Translations under genes and position numbers: made by a program
Shown: positions 9,972 to 13,568 of the stretch, piece after piece
Layout of the letters: every line of letters begins with the position of its first letter
Numbering within the stretch: the stretch's first letter is position 1
The notes under the pieces: generated by a model
Databases searched by the model: none
What the model was told of the DNA's origin: nothing
What the model saw: the letters and a program-made list of their open reading frames with translations, nothing else
NCBI RefSeq assembly: GCF_006345805.1
Contig: NW_021826108.1
Coordinates: 1-13,568, forward strand
Origin: Octopus sinensis
Taxonomy: Eukaryota
Direction: 5' to 3'
DNA: 13,568 nt

Positions 9972-10331
9972 TGGCACCTTGGGCAAGTGTTTTTCACTAT
10001 AGCTGTAGGCCAACCAAAGTTTTGTGAGTGTATTTGGTAGACATGTATGTGCGACATATATATCTATTTGTGTGTGTATGTGTGTTACTGTCTCCTTACC
10101 TTGATATCACATGTGAGTTGTAAACAAGTGTCACTGTCATCCTCGGTATCCTCTATTTCCAGGATTCTGTGAAATCATGTTTGGTCGAGGGAAAATATTA
10201 CTTTAGTTCGAAATAGGTGAAGGTTGACAACAGGAAGGGCATCCAGTTGTGGAAAATCTACCTCACCAAATTCCACTCAACCCATGCCAGCATGGAAAAG
10301 TGAATATTAAGACAATGACAGTGATGATGAG
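9972..10331 (+). mobile_element. Headless CORE-type SINE with RTE-related 3' tail (tail type B)
   Basis: GGCACCTTGGGCAAGTGT resembles the CORE motif ACCTTGGGCAAGT of MIR-like SINEs. An internal TG/TA repeat follows, then AGGAAGGGCATCCAG (10232-10246), CCATGCCAGCATGG (10282-10295) and a GATGATGA tail shared with the RTE copies. Confidence 0.8.
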
Positions 10332-10369
10332 GATATAATTTGTGTTTATTTCATTTTTCTACTCTAGCT

Positions 10370-10545
10370 TAGTGGTCCTCAACCAGAGTACACATGACCC
10401 TTGGAGGTCCATGTAAGATTTCATTGTTAAAATTTATGTGTGCTAAATTGCTTCTACTTCTTCAATATACCAAATGTCTTAACAATTTTTAACATAATAT
10501 TATTTAATCCAAATATATAATAGGATTTTTTAAAGATTGAATGGA
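10370..10545. mobile_element. Possible truncated hAT/Charlie-like MITE remnant
   Basis: TAGTGGTCCTCAACC resembles the CAGTGGTTCTCAA terminus of hAT-Charlie MITEs. No partner TIR or 8-bp TSD found, and the right boundary is approximate. Confidence 0.4.
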
Positions 10546-10644
10546 AGTAAGAGATCTTTCATTTTAATTATCTTCAAAGCTGTGAAGCCAATGGCCTGTC
10601 ATTGTTGACTGGGAAATGTTAACATCACTAAACAAACATGATGA

Positions 10645-10833
10645 CATGCATGCATACACACGCATATAGTGGGCTTCCATCAGGTTCTGTCAACCAGATC
10701 CACTCATAAGACATTTTTGACAATAGCCTGTAGCTATCATAAAAGACACTTTGCCAAGATGCCACATAATGGAACTGAACCCAAAGCCACATGGTTAGGA
10801 AATTAATTTCTTAGCCACATTGCCATTCCTATG
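10645..10833 (-). mobile_element. Old tRNA-derived SINE, head and CORE portion
   Basis: The minus strand reads TGGCAATGTGG (A-box-like), GGTTCAGTTCC (B-box-like), then GGCATCTTGGCAAAGTGTC. It is colinear with 11100-11235. Confidence 0.75.
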
Positions 10834-10874
10834 GCTGTGTATTATTTTATTCTTTTTATTCTGTGTGGCTATAT

Positions 10875-11232
10875 TTTATTCTTTTACTTATTCCAGTCAT
10901 TTGACTGCAGCCATACTGGATCACCACCTTAAGGGGATTTTAGTTAAACAAATTGACCCCAGGACTTATTCTTTGTAAGCCTAGTACTTATTCTTTTGGT
11001 CTCTTTTGCCAAACCGCTAAGTTATGAGGACGTAAACATACCAACATCAATTGTCAAGCGATGATGGGGTGGACAAATATATACATATGTATATATATAT
11101 ATACAATGGGCTTCTTACAAGGCTTTGGTCAGCCTAAGACTATAGTGGAAGCCACTTGCCCAATGTGCCATGCAGTGTGACTGAACCCAGAACTATGTGG
11201 TTGGGAAGCAAGCTTTTTACCACACAGCCATG

Positions 11233-11235
<3 letters not shown>
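10875..11235 (-). mobile_element. Near full-length tRNA-derived CORE-type SINE (head, CORE, TA microsatellite, tail type A)
   Basis: The minus strand has an A box TGGCTGTGTGG, a B box GGTTCAGTCAC, CORE-like GGCACATTGGGCAAGTG, an internal (TA)n and a tail hairpin CAGTCA-TT-TGACTG (10894-10907). Confidence 0.88.
11177..11230 (-). promoter_or_regulatory. Internal RNA polymerase III promoter (A and B boxes) of the SINE head
   Basis: A-box-like 11230-11220 and B-box-like 11187-11177 at tRNA-like spacing. Activity is unknown. Confidence 0.6.
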
Positions 11236-11298
<63 letters not shown>

Positions 11299-11353
11299 TG
11301 TATATATGTATGTATGTCTATGTATATATATATATATATGTAGTATGTATATA

Positions 11354-11385
<32 letters not shown>

Positions 11386-11435
11386 ATATATATATATGTA
11401 TGTATGTATATATATATATTATATATGTATGTATG

Positions 11436-11466
<31 letters not shown>

Positions 11467-11707
11467 ATATATATATATATGTATGTATGTATATATATAT
11501 ATATGTATGTATGTTATATATATATATATGTATGTATGTATATATATATATATGTATGTATGTATTATATATATATGTATGTATGTATATATATATATAT
11601 GTATGTATATATATATATATGTATGTATATATATATAGTATGTATATATATTATATATGTATGTATTATATATATGTATGTATGTATATATATATATATA
11701 TATGTAT

Positions 11708-11741
<34 letters not shown>

Positions 11742-12209
11742 TAGTATGTGTATATATATATAATATGTATGTATGTGTATAGATATATTATCTAGTATGT
11801 ATGTGTATATATATATATATATGTATGTATGTGTATATATATATATATATGTATTATTGTGTATATATATATATATGTATGTATGTGTATATTATATATA
11901 TATATATATGTATGTATGTGTATATATTATATGTATGTATGTGTTATATATATATATGTATGTATGTTGTATATATGATATATATATATATATATGTATG
12001 TATGTGTATATATATATATATGTATGTATGTGTATATATATAATATATATATATGTATGTATGTGTATATATATATATATATATGTATGTATGTGTATAT
12101 ATATATTATATATATGTATGTATGTGTATAATATATATATATATGTATGTATGTGTATATATATATATATATATGTATGTATGTGTATATATATATATAT
12201 AGATGTATG

Positions 12210-12254
<45 letters not shown>

Positions 12255-12296
12255 GTATATATATATATATATTATAATATATATATGTATGTATGT
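11235..12296. repeat. ~1.06-kb compound (TA)n/(TATG)n microsatellite with higher-order units
   Basis: Alternating GTATGTATGT blocks and (TA)n runs. All the Y/I/M/C/V-rich ORFs here derive from it. Confidence 0.98.
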
Positions 12297-13568
12297 CATC
12301 ATCATCATCATCATCATTTAGCGTCCGTTCTCCATGCTAGCATGGGTTGGACGGTTCAACTGGGGTCTGTGAAGCTGGAAGGCTTCATCAGGCCCAGTCA
12401 GATCTGGCAGTGTTTCTACGGCTGGATGCCCTTCCTAACGCCAACCACTCCGTGAGTGTAGTGGGTGCTTTTTACGTGCCACCTGCACAGGTGCCAGACA
12501 GAGCTGGCAAACGGCCACGAACGGATGGTGCTTTTACGTGTCACCGGCACGGGGGCCCTGATGTTGATCGACCTCAATTTGGTTTGATCTTGATTTTTGA
12601 CTGTTCTCACTGGTCTTGCCGGGTTTTCTCACGCACAGCATACCTCCAAAGGTCTCGGTCACTGGTCATTTCCTTGGTGAGACCTAAAGTTCGATGGTCG
12701 TGCTTCACCGCCTCGACCCAGGTTTTCCTGGGTCTACCTCTTCCACAGGTCCCCTCAACTGCCAGGGTTTGGCACTTTCGCACACAACTATCTTCAGCCA
12801 TTCTCATCACATGACCATACCAGCGCATACGTCTCTCTTGCACACAACAACTGATACTTCTTAGGTTCAACTTTTCTCTCAAGGTACTTACACTCTGTCG
12901 ATTATGAACACTGACGTTACACATCCATCGGAGCATACTAGCTTCATTTCTTGCAAGCTTACGCAAATCCTCAGCAGTCACAGCCCAAGTTTCACTACCA
13001 TGTAGCATGGCTGTACGTACACATGCATCATACAGTCTGCCTTTTACTTTGAGCGAGAGCCTTTTGTCACCAGCAGGGGTAAGAGCTCTCTAAACTTTGC
13101 CCAGGCTATTCTTACTCTAGCAGTTATACTTTCAGCGCACCCGCCCCCGCTACTGACTTGGTCACCTAGGTAACGGAAACTATCAACTACTTCTAGCTTT
13201 TCTCCCTGGAAAGTGACGGAAGTTGGTCTCAGAGCATTTTCAGTGTTAATTGTTCCTGAGCATCTGCCACATACAAAACCATCTTCCTAGTTAGCCTTCC
13301 TTTGACATTGCTGCACCTCTTATGTGTCCATAGCTTACACTTGGTGCATCTTATAGAGTTTCTACCTACACTTTTTCTACAGATTGAGCAGGGCCATCTA
13401 CCTGAAGGCGTTTGTGATTGGTCTACCTTCCTACTTATTAGGACGTTGGTTTTGGCTAGGTTGATTCTAAGGCCCTTCGATTCTAAACCTAGTTTCCATA
13501 CCTGAACTTCTCCCTCTAGTTCTGATAGAGACTCAGCAATTAGAGCAAGGTCATCAGCATAGAGGAGC
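12297..13568 (-). mobile_element. RTE-type LINE, 3' part, continuing beyond the right edge; well preserved
   Basis: The minus strand reads LLYADDLALIAES (YADD 13561-13550), GLRINLAKT, LEVVDSFRYLG, HGSETW, MRWYGHV, GRGRPRKTW, with the stop ending at 12607. The 3' UTR has CCATGCTAGCATGG (12332-12345) and the tail reads (CAT)7 on the + strand at 12297-12317. Confidence 0.96.
12607..13567 (-). pseudogene. RT C-terminal half of RTE copy 3, with two net single-base frameshifts as assembled
   Basis: Hand translation needs frame changes near 13275 (T run) and 13060 (GGC[C]TC). There is no nonsense codon in the homologous frame. Confidence 0.8.

Noticed and set aside
11160-11235. tRNA gene
   Set aside because: A and B boxes are present, but I could not build a cloverleaf and the sequence runs directly into a SINE body.
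11156-12455. Long Y/I/M/C/V/H-rich ORFs, including poly-His and poly-Met runs
   Set aside because: They are translations of the TA/TATG microsatellite and the (CAT)n LINE tail.

Overview
AT-rich, repeat-dense eukaryotic DNA. The repeat families resemble those I recognise from octopod cephalopods (inference from recall, not a database result). The window looks like intronic sequence around one probable 108-nt host exon (8475-8582, +). It holds three RTE-type LINE copies: 1-2673 (+, decayed), 4142-4984 (+, 3' fragment) and 12297-13568 (-, apparently younger). The 3' fragment is nested in a TTAA-flanked piggyBac-like non-autonomous element (3905-5339). Also present are a full-length DD34D mariner with three nonsense codons (6456-7739), several tRNA-headed CORE-type SINEs with two different tails, a ~171-bp tandem array, a perfect 76-bp palindrome and a ~1-kb TA/TATG microsatellite. 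The most notable signal is a PHD-type C4HC3 zinc finger embedded inside the reverse-transcriptase region of both long RTE copies. I see no prokaryotic genes, CRISPR array or clearly new multi-gene system.
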